Made by a program: the position numbers and the translations under genes. From contig VGBO01000006.1 of assembly GCA_016870475.1 (NCBI GenBank), positions 4,175 to 68,174 of the forward strand: a stretch of DNA of 64,000 nucleotides, in the 5' to 3' direction. The notes under the pieces were generated by a model that was given only the letters and a program-made list of their open reading frames with translations, had not been told where the DNA came from and did not search any database. Below are positions 16,858 through 25,838 of this stretch, piece after piece. Source of the DNA: Actinomycetota bacterium (GTDB taxonomy: Bacteria; Actinomycetota; Acidimicrobiia; Acidimicrobiales; CAIXPF01). Each line of letters opens with the position of its first letter. Within the stretch, counting starts at the first letter, position 1.

Positions 16858-17840
16858 AGGCCTGGCGGGTGGAGGAGCTCGGACACCCCTCCGAGTCGAT
16901 GGTGCTGCGCGACGACGTCGCCGACCCGGTTCCCGGCCCGGGGCAGGTGCACATCCGGGTCGACGCGGGGAACGTGAACTTCGCCGACATCCTGCTGTGC
17001 CAGGGCGTCTACCAGGACCGCCCCGGCGTGCCGTTCACGCCCGGCCTCGAGACCTGCGGCACGGTGCTCGCCGTCGGCGAGGGCGTCGACGTGCCCCTCG
17101 GGGTCCGTGTCGGAGGGATGGCGGCGCTCCCGGCGGGCGGGTACGCGGAGCAGGCGTTGGTGCGCGCCCACACGGCGCTCGTCATGCCGGAGGACATCCC
17201 CGCCGTCGACGCCACCGTGCTCTACTCGACCTTCCAGACCTCCCACGTCGGTCTGCACCACCGCGCCCGCCTGCAGGCGGGGGAGTGGCTGCTCGTGCAC
17301 GGCGCCGCCGCCGGTGTCGGGGCCGCCGCGGTCCAGCTCGGCGTCGCCGCAGGGGCGAAGGTCATCGCGACCGCCGGCGGTCCGGAGAAGTGCGCGCACG
17401 TGCGGGCGCTCGGCGCGCACCACGTGCTCGACCACCGGAGCGACGACGTGTACGCCGCCGTGCAGGACCTCACCGGAGGCCACGGGGTCGACGTCGCCTA
17501 CGACCCCGTCGGCGGCGACCTCGGCGATCTCACCCGGCGGCTCATGGCCTGGGAGGGGCGCCTCGTCGTCGTCGGGTTCGCGTCCGGTCGGATCCCGAAC
17601 CACCCGGCGAACCACGTGCTCGTGAAGAACTACGCGGTCGTCGGCCTCCACTGGGGCGCCTACGTGGAACACGCCGGCCGCGCGGTGATCGAAGCCGCCC
17701 ACGACGACCTGTTGCGCCTCTACCGCTCAGGCAGCATCCGCAGCGACGTCACCGGGACCGTGCCGCTCGAGGGCGTCCCGGACGCACTCGCCGCGCTCGA
17801 GGCCCGAGCGGTCACCGGCCGCCTCGTCGTCACCCCCTGA
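16854..17840 (+). CDS. NADPH:quinone oxidoreductase / zeta-crystallin family (MDR superfamily)
   Basis: ATGA overlap at 16854-16857: MKAWRVEELGHP...NFADILLCQGVYQ...LLVHGAAAGVGAAAVQLG. Confidence 0.9.
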   Translation: MKAWRVEELGHPSESMVLRDDVADPVPGPGQVHIRVDAGNVNFADILLCQGVYQDRPGVPFTPGLETCGTVLAVGEGVDVPLGVRVGGMAALPAGGYAEQALVRAHTALVMPEDIPAVDATVLYSTFQTSHVGLHHRARLQAGEWLLVHGAAAGVGAAAVQLGVAAGAKVIATAGGPEKCAHVRALGAHHVLDHRSDDVYAAVQDLTGGHGVDVAYDPVGGDLGDLTRRLMAWEGRLVVVGFASGRIPNHPANHVLVKNYAVVGLHWGAYVEHAGRAVIEAAHDDLLRLYRSGSIRSDVTGTVPLEGVPDALAALEARAVTGRLVVTP

Positions 17841-17850
17841 CGGAGGGGGC

Positions 17851-19008
17851 TCAGCCGAAGGCGCCGGCGGCCCGCAACGCCGCGATGCGGGCATCGTCGA
17901 AACCCCACGCTCGCAACGCGTCCTCGCCACCCGCTCCCGGGCTCGGCGAGCGTCGCACGATCTCGGAGGGCGTGCGGCTGAAGCGCGGCGCCGGCGCCGG
18001 CTGGGTGGTCCCGTCGACCTCGACGAACGCGTCACGAGCGACGTTGTGGGGATGCATCGGCGCCTCGAGCAGGTCGAGCACCGGCTGCACGTTGTCGTCG
18101 TCGCCGTCGAAGAGCTCGACCCAGGCGTCCCGTGGGCGGGTGGCGAACAGGGCGGCCATCCGCTCGCGGTAGGCCGGCCAGTTCGCGCGGTCGGAGGGAT
18201 CACCGAGGCCCTCGAGGTCGATGCCGGACTTCGCCACGAAGTTGCGCAGGAACTTCGGCTGCAGCAGTGCCGTGGACACGAACTTCCCGTCCGCGCAGCG
18301 GTACACCGCGTACCGCCAGTCACCACCGTCGACGAGGTTCGCCTGCCGTTCGTGCATCCAGGTCCCGCCGGCGAGGTTGCCGTACACGTACGCCATCAGA
18401 TTCAGCGCGCCGTCGGAGATCGCCGCGTCGACGACCTGGCCCTTGCCGGACCGCTGCGCCTCGAGGAGCGCGGCGAGCATCCCCATCGCGAGGAACGTCC
18501 CGCCACCCCCGAAGTCGCCGGCGAGGATCAACGGCGGGACGGGCGGCCGATCCGCCTCGCCGATCGCCCACAACGCTCCGGTGATCGAGAGGTAGTTCGC
18601 GTCGAACCCGGCCCGCTGCGCGAACGGACCGTCCTGACCCCACCCGGTCATGCGGCCGTAGACGAGGCGCGGGTTGCGGGCCAGACACACGTCCGGTCCG
18701 AGCCCGAGTCGTTCCGCGACCCCCGGCCGCATCCCCTCGATGAGACCGTCGGCCCCCTCGACGAGCTCGAGCACCGTCGCCACCGCGGCGGGATCCTTCA
18801 GGTCGAGCCGGACCGAACGACGGTTGCGGTACAGGTACCGGTACTCATACGACGGGTAGCCGTACTCGACCTCCTCGAGGCGGTCGACGAGGACGACGTC
18901 CGCCCCCATGTCGGACAGCAGCATCCCGGCGAAGGGACCCGGGCCGATGCAGAACAGCTCGACGATCTTGATCCCCTGCAACGGTCCCACGGCATCCCCC
19001 TCGCCCAT
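17851..19008 (-). CDS. family III CoA-transferase (CaiB/BaiF; alpha-methylacyl-CoA racemase-like)
   Basis: Part of ORF 17851..19272, ATG 19008: GPLQGIKIVELFCIGPGPFAGMLLSDMGADVVLVDR...NRRSVRLDLK...GRMTGWGQDGP...GFDANYLS. Confidence 0.85.
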   Translation of the reverse strand: MGEGDAVGPLQGIKIVELFCIGPGPFAGMLLSDMGADVVLVDRLEEVEYGYPSYEYRYLYRNRRSVRLDLKDPAAVATVLELVEGADGLIEGMRPGVAERLGLGPDVCLARNPRLVYGRMTGWGQDGPFAQRAGFDANYLSITGALWAIGEADRPPVPPLILAGDFGGGGTFLAMGMLAALLEAQRSGKGQVVDAAISDGALNLMAYVYGNLAGGTWMHERQANLVDGGDWRYAVYRCADGKFVSTALLQPKFLRNFVAKSGIDLEGLGDPSDRANWPAYRERMAALFATRPRDAWVELFDGDDDNVQPVLDLLEAPMHPHNVARDAFVEVDGTTQPAPAPRFSRTPSEIVRRSPSPGAGGEDALRAWGFDDARIAALRAAGAFG

Positions 19009-19071
19009 ACGTGTGTCGCGCGCACCGTAGCGCCGGGCGGACAGTCGGGGGGTCGTCGGTAAGCTTCCGGC

Positions 19072-19845
19072 GTGCAGCAGCGCCCCGTCGCCCTCGTCAC
19101 CGGGGCAGGTTCCGGCATTGGTGCGGCGACGGCGAACCGTCTCGTCGCCACCGGCCACGACGTGGTCGCCGTCGGACGCCGGCCCGAACCGCTCGAGGCC
19201 CTGCGGGCCGACCACGGGGAGGCGATCGAGGTGTGCCCGGCCGACCTCGCCGATGCGGAACGCGTCGTTCACGTGGTGCGCGACGTCGCCGCCCGGCGCG
19301 GGCGACTCGACGTGGTGGTGAACAACGCGGGTGATGCGTGGCAGGCGGGCATCGAGGACACCGACCCCGCCCGCTTCCGGTCACTCGTCGAGGTGAACCT
19401 GGTCGGTCCGGCGGCCGTCGTGCACGCCGCGTGGCCGACGTTCCTCGCGCAGCGGCGCGGGTGCATCGTGAACGTGTCGTCGCTCGCGCAGTTCGACCCG
19501 TTCCCCGGGTTCTTCGCCTACGCGCCGTCGAAGGCGGGCCTGCACCTGCTCACCGTGGTCGCGGCGAACGAGGGCGGCCCGCACGGTGTGCGCGCCTTCA
19601 CGGTGGCACCCGGCGTCGTCGACACGCCGCTGCACCGGCGCCTCGTCCCCGACGGGGTCGACGACGCGTTCCGTCTCGACGCCGACACGGTCGCCGGCCT
19701 CGTCGTGGCGTGTGTCGCCGGCGTCCACGACGACGCCGTCGGCACGACCCTCGCCGCCGTGACGCCCGCCGTGGCCCCCTTCGTCCGCGACTGGATGGAC
19801 CGCAACCCGAACGGGGGCGTCCGGATCATGGAGCTGCACCGATGA
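19072..19845 (+). CDS. SDR family oxidoreductase (candidate pterin/sepiapterin-type reductase by context only)
   Basis: ORF 19072..19845: [18 protein letters not shown], and YAPSKAG (YxxxK). First gene of an ATGA-coupled operon with PTPS and FolE. Confidence 0.85.
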   Translation: MQQRPVALVTGAGSGIGAATANRLVATGHDVVAVGRRPEPLEALRADHGEAIEVCPADLADAERVVHVVRDVAARRGRLDVVVNNAGDAWQAGIEDTDPARFRSLVEVNLVGPAAVVHAAWPTFLAQRRGCIVNVSSLAQFDPFPGFFAYAPSKAGLHLLTVVAANEGGPHGVRAFTVAPGVVDTPLHRRLVPDGVDDAFRLDADTVAGLVVACVAGVHDDAVGTTLAAVTPAVAPFVRDWMDRNPNGGVRIMELHR

Positions 19846-20264
19846 CCAAGGTGACGGTCTACCGCCACGAACACTTCAACGCCGCCCACCGGCTGCACAA
19901 CCCGAACCTCGACGACGCCGAGAACCGCCGGATCTTCGGCAAGTGCAACTCGCCGAACTACCACGGCCACAACTACGAGCTCGTCGTGGCGGTCACCGGA
20001 GAGATCGATCCGGTGACCGGTTACGTGATCGATCTCGGCACGCTGTCAGCGCTCGTCAAGCGGGAGATCCTCGACCGGTTCGACCATCGGAACCTCAACC
20101 TCGACGTCGAGGAGTTCTCGGCGCGGAATCCCACGGCCGAGAACATTGTTGTGACCATATACGAGTTGCTCCGGCCCCATCTGGATGCCGGTCTCGAGCT
20201 GCAGATCACCCTCGGGGAGACCCCTCGCAACTTGGTCCGTTACCCCGCGGGAGGACCGCAATGA
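19842..20264 (+). CDS. 6-pyruvoyl-tetrahydropterin synthase family protein (PTPS/QueD fold, Cys-containing PTPS-type motif)
   Basis: ATGA overlap at 19842-19845: [13 protein letters not shown]...[36 protein letters not shown]. Confidence 0.85.
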   Translation: MTKVTVYRHEHFNAAHRLHNPNLDDAENRRIFGKCNSPNYHGHNYELVVAVTGEIDPVTGYVIDLGTLSALVKREILDRFDHRNLNLDVEEFSARNPTAENIVVTIYELLRPHLDAGLELQITLGETPRNLVRYPAGGPQ

Positions 20265-20857
20265 CCTACGCCGCCGAGGAACGCTACGACCTCGACACCA
20301 CCGCCGCGCTCGCATCTCACTACCGTTCGGCGATCGAGCTGCTCGGTGAGGACCCGCTTCGCGAGGGACTGCTCAAGACCCCCGAGCGGGTCGCCAAGGC
20401 GATGCAGTACCTGATGCACGGCTACGAGCTCGACGCCGTGAAGATCCTCCAGAGCGCCCGGTTCCGTGAGGACGTGCGCGAGATGGTCGTCGTGAAGGAC
20501 ATCGAGCTGTACTCGCTCTGCGAGCACCACCTCGTGCCGTTCTACGGGCGGGCGCACATCGCCTACCTGCCGAACGGCTGGATCACGGGCCTGTCGAAGG
20601 TGGCACGCGTCGTCGACGCGTTCAGCCGGCGGCTGCAGGTGCAGGAGCGCCTCACCCAGCAGATCGTCGACGCCATGGACGAGGCGCTCCAGCCCGTCGG
20701 CGTGGCCGTCGTCATCGAGGCGAAGCACCTCTGCATGATGATGCGGGGCGTCCAGAAGCAGAACTCGGTGACGACCACGTCGGCGTTCTCGGGCGCGTTC
20801 GCCGAGGGGCCGACGCGCAGCGAGTTCCTGCGGCTGATCGGCTCGTCGCTGAGCTGA
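20261..20857 (+). CDS. folE: GTP cyclohydrolase I
   Basis: ATGA overlap at 20261-20264: [12 protein letters not shown]...[24 protein letters not shown]...[23 protein letters not shown]...HLCMMMRGV. Confidence 0.95.
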   Translation: MTYAAEERYDLDTTAALASHYRSAIELLGEDPLREGLLKTPERVAKAMQYLMHGYELDAVKILQSARFREDVREMVVVKDIELYSLCEHHLVPFYGRAHIAYLPNGWITGLSKVARVVDAFSRRLQVQERLTQQIVDAMDEALQPVGVAVVIEAKHLCMMMRGVQKQNSVTTTSAFSGAFAEGPTRSEFLRLIGSSLS

Positions 20858-20866
20858 CCCGCCCGG

Positions 20867-21352
20867 TCAGCCGGCCGCTTCTGCGGCGGCTTTCATGCCC
20901 TCGAGGGTTGCGCGGATCGACGACACCGTGATCGCCTTGCGCTCATCGAGAGCTGTCGGACCGCCCTCGGCGATCGTCGGCGGGATCGTTCGCAGCTCGT
21001 AGGACTCCGTCAGCCGGGTCCCGCCGTTGTCCGTCGGCTCGAGGGTGTAGCGCCACAGGGCGATGTTCCAGTCGAGGCCGCCGGTCACGAAAGCGAACGC
21101 GCGGTCCTGTTCGACCTCGACGATCTCGACCGGCGCCTTCCACTCCTTCGTGCCGTCGCTGTTCGTCCCCACGAACATGTCGCCGACCTTGCCGGTGCCC
21201 GGCACCCCGTCGGCGTTCTTGCGCCAGTAGCCGCCGGTGTTCTCGGTGCTCCACTCGCCGTACCGCTCCATGGCGGTGACGATGCCGAACACCGTCGACG
21301 GCGATGCGGCGATCTCGATGCTGTCGGCGTGCACGTGGTGCAGGTCGGTCAT
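20867..21352 (-). CDS. SRPBCC (polyketide cyclase/dehydrase-like) family protein
   Basis: 3' part of ORF 20867..21838, ATG 21352: IEIAASPSTVFGIVTAMERYGEWS...RAFAFVTGG...WRYTLEPTDNGGTRLTESYEL. Confidence 0.8.
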   Translation of the reverse strand: MTDLHHVHADSIEIAASPSTVFGIVTAMERYGEWSTENTGGYWRKNADGVPGTGKVGDMFVGTNSDGTKEWKAPVEIVEVEQDRAFAFVTGGLDWNIALWRYTLEPTDNGGTRLTESYELRTIPPTIAEGGPTALDERKAITVSSIRATLEGMKAAAEAAG

Positions 21353-21441
21353 GGCGTCCCCCTCGTCGCGGCCCGCCCACCGGGCCCGGTCGCGCACGGT
21401 AGCGGGCCGCAGGGTTGCCTGCCCGCGCCCGCCGGAGGGCG

Positions 21442-22725
21442 TCAGCCCGCGAGCTCGACGACCGCGGGCGCGAGGCACCGGTCGACGAGTGCACGAAGCG
21501 CCGGCTCGTCGGCCGCCTCGAGCGCGAGTGCCTCGGGGCCGGTCGCAAACCCGGCGAGCGTCGGCCGACCCGACACGACCGAGACGTCGACCCACGCCGG
21601 GATGTGGTCGGCATCGCGGCCCAGGACGTGGATGCTGCGTGCCGGCGCCCAGAACGCCTCCGGGAACGTCGCCGTCACCTTCACGACGATGCCCGGCGTC
21701 AGCCGACCGAGCGCGCCGAGGGTGACGGCCGGCAGCGGCGGTTCGAACGACGGTCGACCGGCCAGCAGCGCGCCGATCGGCGTGGTCACCACGACCGCCT
21801 CGGCGGGCAGGTCGCCCGCGGTCGTCGCGACGGTCCACCGGCCGGGCGTGGCGCCCGCCCGGATCGCGGTAGCGGTGACACCGAGACGGACGTCGAGGCC
21901 CACCGCCAGGTCGTCGACGATCCGGCCCAGGTCCGCCCCGACGAGGTGGTCGTCGCCCGGTAGGTGGTAGGGCTCCGACCGCCAGCGCAACGACAGGTCA
22001 TCGATCGGTGCGGCGGTCACGTTCTCGTAGGAACTGCGGACGAGGCACCCGAGCGCCTCCCGCTCCCAGGGCTCGAGCGGCAGCTCGGCGAGGACGTCGG
22101 TCACCACCGGGCCGAGCGGGCGGTCCGGACCTGCGGCGGCGAGCGCGTCGAGGCGGCGCTCGACGTCGATGCGCCAGACCTCCAACCGGGCGACGTCGCT
22201 CGGCCCGAGCAGCCCGCGACCGGGGACCACGAGCCGCCGTTCGCCCGTGGAGGGGTGCAGCGGCACACCGAGCCGTGCCGCGGACTCGGCGACCGGGTTG
22301 CCGACCTCGCCGTGCACCCACGCCGCGCCGGGATGGACGGGCACCCCGATGGCGTGGTCGACCCGGGCCCGTCCTCCGAGGACGGTGTCGGCCTCGACCA
22401 CGACCACACTCCCACCGCGATCCCTGACGCGCCGTGCCGCCGCCAACCCGGCGAGCCCTGCACCGACGACGACGACCCCGGTAGCGCCCGCGCCGAGCAG
22501 GCGGTCCGCAGCACGCTCACCGCTCGCCCAGGCGCCGTGCATCGTGCCCGGGTGGTCGACCGAGGTCGCCTCGCCGGCGAGCACCAGGCCCGGTGCGACC
22601 GGCTCGGCGAGCCGTCGACGATCCTCCGGGGTCCCGCCGTGGCGGAGCGCGGTGTAGGTGGTCGCGATCGACGGCGTCGAGCACCAGCGCGACGCGACGG
22701 CCCGAACGGCCCGGTTCGAGGACAT
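21442..22725 (-). CDS. flavin-containing amine oxidase, apparently circularly permuted (C-terminal FAD segment placed first)
   Basis: ORF 21442..22725. Residues ~5-72 read ...SRWCSTPSIATTYTAL...PVAPGLVLAGEATSVDHPGTMHGAWASGERAADRLL, the normal C-terminus of the family. Next comes GVVVVGAGLAGLAAARRVRDRGGSVVVVEADTVLGGRA, the normal N-terminus. The ORF ends where the first segment would normally begin. Confidence 0.8.
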   Translation of the reverse strand: MSSNRAVRAVASRWCSTPSIATTYTALRHGGTPEDRRRLAEPVAPGLVLAGEATSVDHPGTMHGAWASGERAADRLLGAGATGVVVVGAGLAGLAAARRVRDRGGSVVVVEADTVLGGRARVDHAIGVPVHPGAAWVHGEVGNPVAESAARLGVPLHPSTGERRLVVPGRGLLGPSDVARLEVWRIDVERRLDALAAAGPDRPLGPVVTDVLAELPLEPWEREALGCLVRSSYENVTAAPIDDLSLRWRSEPYHLPGDDHLVGADLGRIVDDLAVGLDVRLGVTATAIRAGATPGRWTVATTAGDLPAEAVVVTTPIGALLAGRPSFEPPLPAVTLGALGRLTPGIVVKVTATFPEAFWAPARSIHVLGRDADHIPAWVDVSVVSGRPTLAGFATGPEALALEAADEPALRALVDRCLAPAVVELAG

Positions 22726-22740
22726 CGTCCCGTCCCGGTC

Positions 22741-23979
22741 TCAGCGGTCCCGGGCCACCGCCGGGGTCAGGCGCACCTCGCGGAACGGCACGTTCTTGTC
22801 GACCTCGGGTTCCTTCGGCAGGCCGAGGATCCGTTCGCCGATGATGTTCCGCTGGATCTGGTCGGTACCCCCGCCGATCGAGGTGAAGTAGGCGTTCAGC
22901 ATCGAGTACGTGCAATCCGCCGCCCGGGCGGAATCCGAACCGCCGAGCAGCGCCTCCGCCCCGAGGATGTCGGCCTGCACCCGGGCGGCGTAGTGGAGGA
23001 TGCCGGACATGGCGAGCTTGCCGAGCGACGCCACGGGCGACGACGACCCCTGCTTCAGCTCGGCGCGGGCGCGCATGCCGTTCCAGGTGTTCACCGTGCG
23101 CATGCAGTGGAGGCGGGCCAGTGCCTGGCGGACCATCGGGTCGTCCGTGCGGCCGAGCTCGCGGGCGAGGTCGGTAAGCACAAGGTCCGGAACGGGCGCG
23201 CTCGCCTCCGAGGTGGGGTCACGGTCGGCGTCGGGCTTCGCGGTGCCGGAACGCTTCTGCACGACGCCCATCACCGCGCGCTCGTACATGAGGGCTTCCT
23301 GCAGCACCCACCAGCCGGCGTTCAGCTCGCCGAGCATGTTCGCGTGCGGGACCCGGGCATCGGTGATGAACACCTCGTTGAACCGGGAGTCGCCGGTCGC
23401 CTGACGCAGCGGCCGCACGTCCACGCCCGGCTGGCGCATCGGGAAGAAGAAGAACGTGATGCCCCGGTGCTTCGGAACGTGGAGGTCGGTCCGCGTGATG
23501 AGCAGTGCGTACTCGGCCTGCCGTCCGCCGGAGGTCCACACCTTCTGGCCGTTCACGACCCACTCGTCGCCGTCGCGCACGGCACGTGTCTGGATGCTCG
23601 CGAGGTCCGAGCCGGCACCCGGTTCGCTGTAGAGCAGGCACATGTCGATGTCGCCGAGCAGCAGCGGACGCATCACCCGGGCCTTCAGGTCGTCCGAGCC
23701 GTACTGCAGCACCGTGCCGGCCCACAGGTTGGTCACGTCCTGCGCGGACCCGGGGGCGTCGACGGCACGGAACTCGGCGTCGACGACCCGGCCGAGCGCA
23801 GCGGGGAGTCCACGGCCGTGCCAGCGCTCCGGCCAGCTCGGCGCCGCCCAACCGGCGTCGACCACCGCCTCGAGGAACGGTCGCCGCGGTGCACCCGGGG
23901 TCCAGTGATCCGCAAGCCATGCCCGGACCTCGGCCCGGACCGCCTCCTCGGATGCGATGTCGGCGACTGCGGTGTCCAC
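22741..23979 (-). CDS. acyl-CoA dehydrogenase family protein
   Basis: Part of ORF 22741..24066. GGGAGG lies 6 nt before GTG 23979: LLYSEPGAGSDLASIQTRAVRDGDEWVVNGQKVWTSGG...IGGGTDQIQRNIIGERILGLP. Confidence 0.9.
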   Translation of the reverse strand: MDTAVADIASEEAVRAEVRAWLADHWTPGAPRRPFLEAVVDAGWAAPSWPERWHGRGLPAALGRVVDAEFRAVDAPGSAQDVTNLWAGTVLQYGSDDLKARVMRPLLLGDIDMCLLYSEPGAGSDLASIQTRAVRDGDEWVVNGQKVWTSGGRQAEYALLITRTDLHVPKHRGITFFFFPMRQPGVDVRPLRQATGDSRFNEVFITDARVPHANMLGELNAGWWVLQEALMYERAVMGVVQKRSGTAKPDADRDPTSEASAPVPDLVLTDLARELGRTDDPMVRQALARLHCMRTVNTWNGMRARAELKQGSSSPVASLGKLAMSGILHYAARVQADILGAEALLGGSDSARAADCTYSMLNAYFTSIGGGTDQIQRNIIGERILGLPKEPEVDKNVPFREVRLTPAVARDR

Positions 23980-24060
23980 GTTCGGCCTCCCGGCGTTGCG
24001 TCGGCGTGCGACCGACGATGCCGCGCATCGTACCGCGGGGCCCTCGGCTACGGTCCGGCC

Positions 24061-25068
24061 ATGCACGGTCGGAAGTACTGGATGATGCTGCCGGCGAACC
24101 GCACGGCGACCGAGACCGCCGGGCTCGCCGCGGAGGCGGAGCGTCTCGGTCTCGAAGGGGTCTTCTCCATCCAGCTGTCGTCGAACCCCTTCGTGCCGCT
24201 CGCTGCGGCGGCGGTGCCCACGACCACGCTCCGGCTCGGGACCGGGATCGCGCTCGCCCTCACCCGGTCACCCCTCGAGACGGCGTTCGCCGCGCTCGAC
24301 CTCGACCACCTCAGCGAGGGCAGGTTCACCCTCGGCCTCGGCACGTCGGTTCGCTGGTGGCACGAGCAGCTCTACGGCGTCCCCTACGACCGGCCCGTCG
24401 CCCGGCTCGCCGAAGCCGTGCGGATCGTCAAGGCGGTCACCTCGGGTCGGGCCCGCGAGACCGGCCGCATCGACGGGGAGTTCTGGCAGGTCGACCTCAC
24501 GAACCTCGCCATGCGCCCGCCGTTGCGCCCCGACCTGCCGGTGTGGGTCGCGGCCCTGCGCACCCCGCTCGTGAAGGTCGCCGCAGCGGAGGCCGACGGG
24601 CTCATCGGGCACCCGTCGTGGTCGGTCGACTGGGCGCTGCAGCAGATCAACGGGCCGTACGCCACCGGGCTGCGGACCGCCGGGCGTGACCGGTCCGACG
24701 TCGAGATCAACCTGTGGCACGTCGTCGCCCCGAACCCCGACGTCGCCGAGTCGGTGCACGACGCGAAACGGCACGTCGCCACGTACGCGTCGATCGCCCA
24801 GTACGAGCCGTACTTCGCCGCCCACGGCTTCGGCGCCGAGGCCCGACGGTTGCAGGAGGCCGTCGCCGCGGGTGACCGCAACGCCGCAGACCTCGTGCCC
24901 GACGACATGGCCCGCACGTTCGTGCTGTGCGGCACACCCGGTGACGTCGCCCGCCAGCTCGAGCCGCTGTGGGAGGTCGCCGACTCGATCTGCCTGCAGT
25001 CCCCGCCGCTCCGTGCCGACGCGAAGGCCGCGTACGACCAGCGGATCGCCGAGACGTTCTACGGCTGA
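24061..25068 (+). CDS. LLM class (luciferase-like, probably F420-dependent) oxidoreductase
   Basis: 3' part of the 1034-aa ORF 21964..25068, ATG 24061: LRLGTGIALALTRSPLETAFAALDLDHLSEGRFTLGLGTS...VWVAALRTPLVKVAAAEADGLIGHP. Confidence 0.9.
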   Translation: MHGRKYWMMLPANRTATETAGLAAEAERLGLEGVFSIQLSSNPFVPLAAAAVPTTTLRLGTGIALALTRSPLETAFAALDLDHLSEGRFTLGLGTSVRWWHEQLYGVPYDRPVARLAEAVRIVKAVTSGRARETGRIDGEFWQVDLTNLAMRPPLRPDLPVWVAALRTPLVKVAAAEADGLIGHPSWSVDWALQQINGPYATGLRTAGRDRSDVEINLWHVVAPNPDVAESVHDAKRHVATYASIAQYEPYFAAHGFGAEARRLQEAVAAGDRNAADLVPDDMARTFVLCGTPGDVARQLEPLWEVADSICLQSPPLRADAKAAYDQRIAETFYG

Positions 25069-25838
25069 GCGAACAGCGTTCGCAGACCCCGGCCGATCGC
25101 CGCCGGGATCGTCGAGTAGTGGTCCTCACCCTCGAACACGACGAGCGGTCCGAGGTCGAGCGACGCCGGCCGGTGCGCGGCGAGAAGGTCGTGCGCGGCA
25201 CGGGCGTTCGTGACCGTCGGGAAGGGGAGCGTGTCCTCCTCGTCGGCGCCCACCGACATGAAGACCTTCGCCGCCACGTCGGCATGCGAGGGCAGACGCT
25301 CGCTGATGATGTCGAGGATCACCCGGTCGTTCCACCACACCGACGGGCTCGCCAGCAGGTAGCGGTGGAACGTGTCCGGTGCGGTGACGAGCCCGAACAG
25401 GCCGAACAGCGCCGAGAACGAGTGGCCGACGACCGTGCGGTCGGCGGGGTCGACGCGGTAGCCCCGCTCGAGCATCGGGAGCACGGCGTCGCGGATCCAC
25501 GCCAGGTGGTCGGTCGCGCCGCCCGCCTTCGGGGGATCACCGGCGGGGACGCTGCGAGGCGGGAACTCGCCCGGTGTGGGCGTATAGGCGCTCGCCCGCC
25601 GGCGGACGACGTCACGCACGGTCGGAGCGTCCCACCCCACGCCGGCGACGACGGCCTTCGGCATCTGCCGGGCCATCGACAGGTTGAGGCACACGTCCCG
25701 CGTCGTGCCGTAGGTCCACTGCGGGTCGTTGCACAGGACGAGCGGCAGCGGGGGGCCGTCGGGGTCGTAGCCGTCCGGGAGCGAGACCCGGACCACCCGT
25801 CCGTCGTCCAGGTGGTGCACGTGCTCCGTGCCGATCAC
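25059..25838 (-). CDS. alpha/beta hydrolase, putative esterase family
   Basis: 3' part of ORF 25059..26132. GGAGGGAGGGG lies upstream. GTG 25838 overlaps the upstream stop as GTGA. Contains VVGHSFSALFG (GxSxG-type nucleophile elbow). Confidence 0.75.
   Translation of the reverse strand: MIGTEHVHHLDDGRVVRVSLPDGYDPDGPPLPLVLCNDPQWTYGTTRDVCLNLSMARQMPKAVVAGVGWDAPTVRDVVRRRASAYTPTPGEFPPRSVPAGDPPKAGGATDHLAWIRDAVLPMLERGYRVDPADRTVVGHSFSALFGLFGLVTAPDTFHRYLLASPSVWWNDRVILDIISERLPSHADVAAKVFMSVGADEEDTLPFPTVTNARAAHDLLAAHRPASLDLGPLVVFEGEDHYSTIPAAIGRGLRTLFAQP

Noticed and set aside
22723-22743. The acyl-CoA dehydrogenase stop TGA (22741-22743) is in the same frame as the downstream amine oxidase ORF, only five codons away. 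This could suggest read-through or a second Sec site.
   Set aside because: No homology spans the junction, no redox motif surrounds the TGA, and I saw no convincing hairpin. A same-frame neighbour is expected one time in three by chance.
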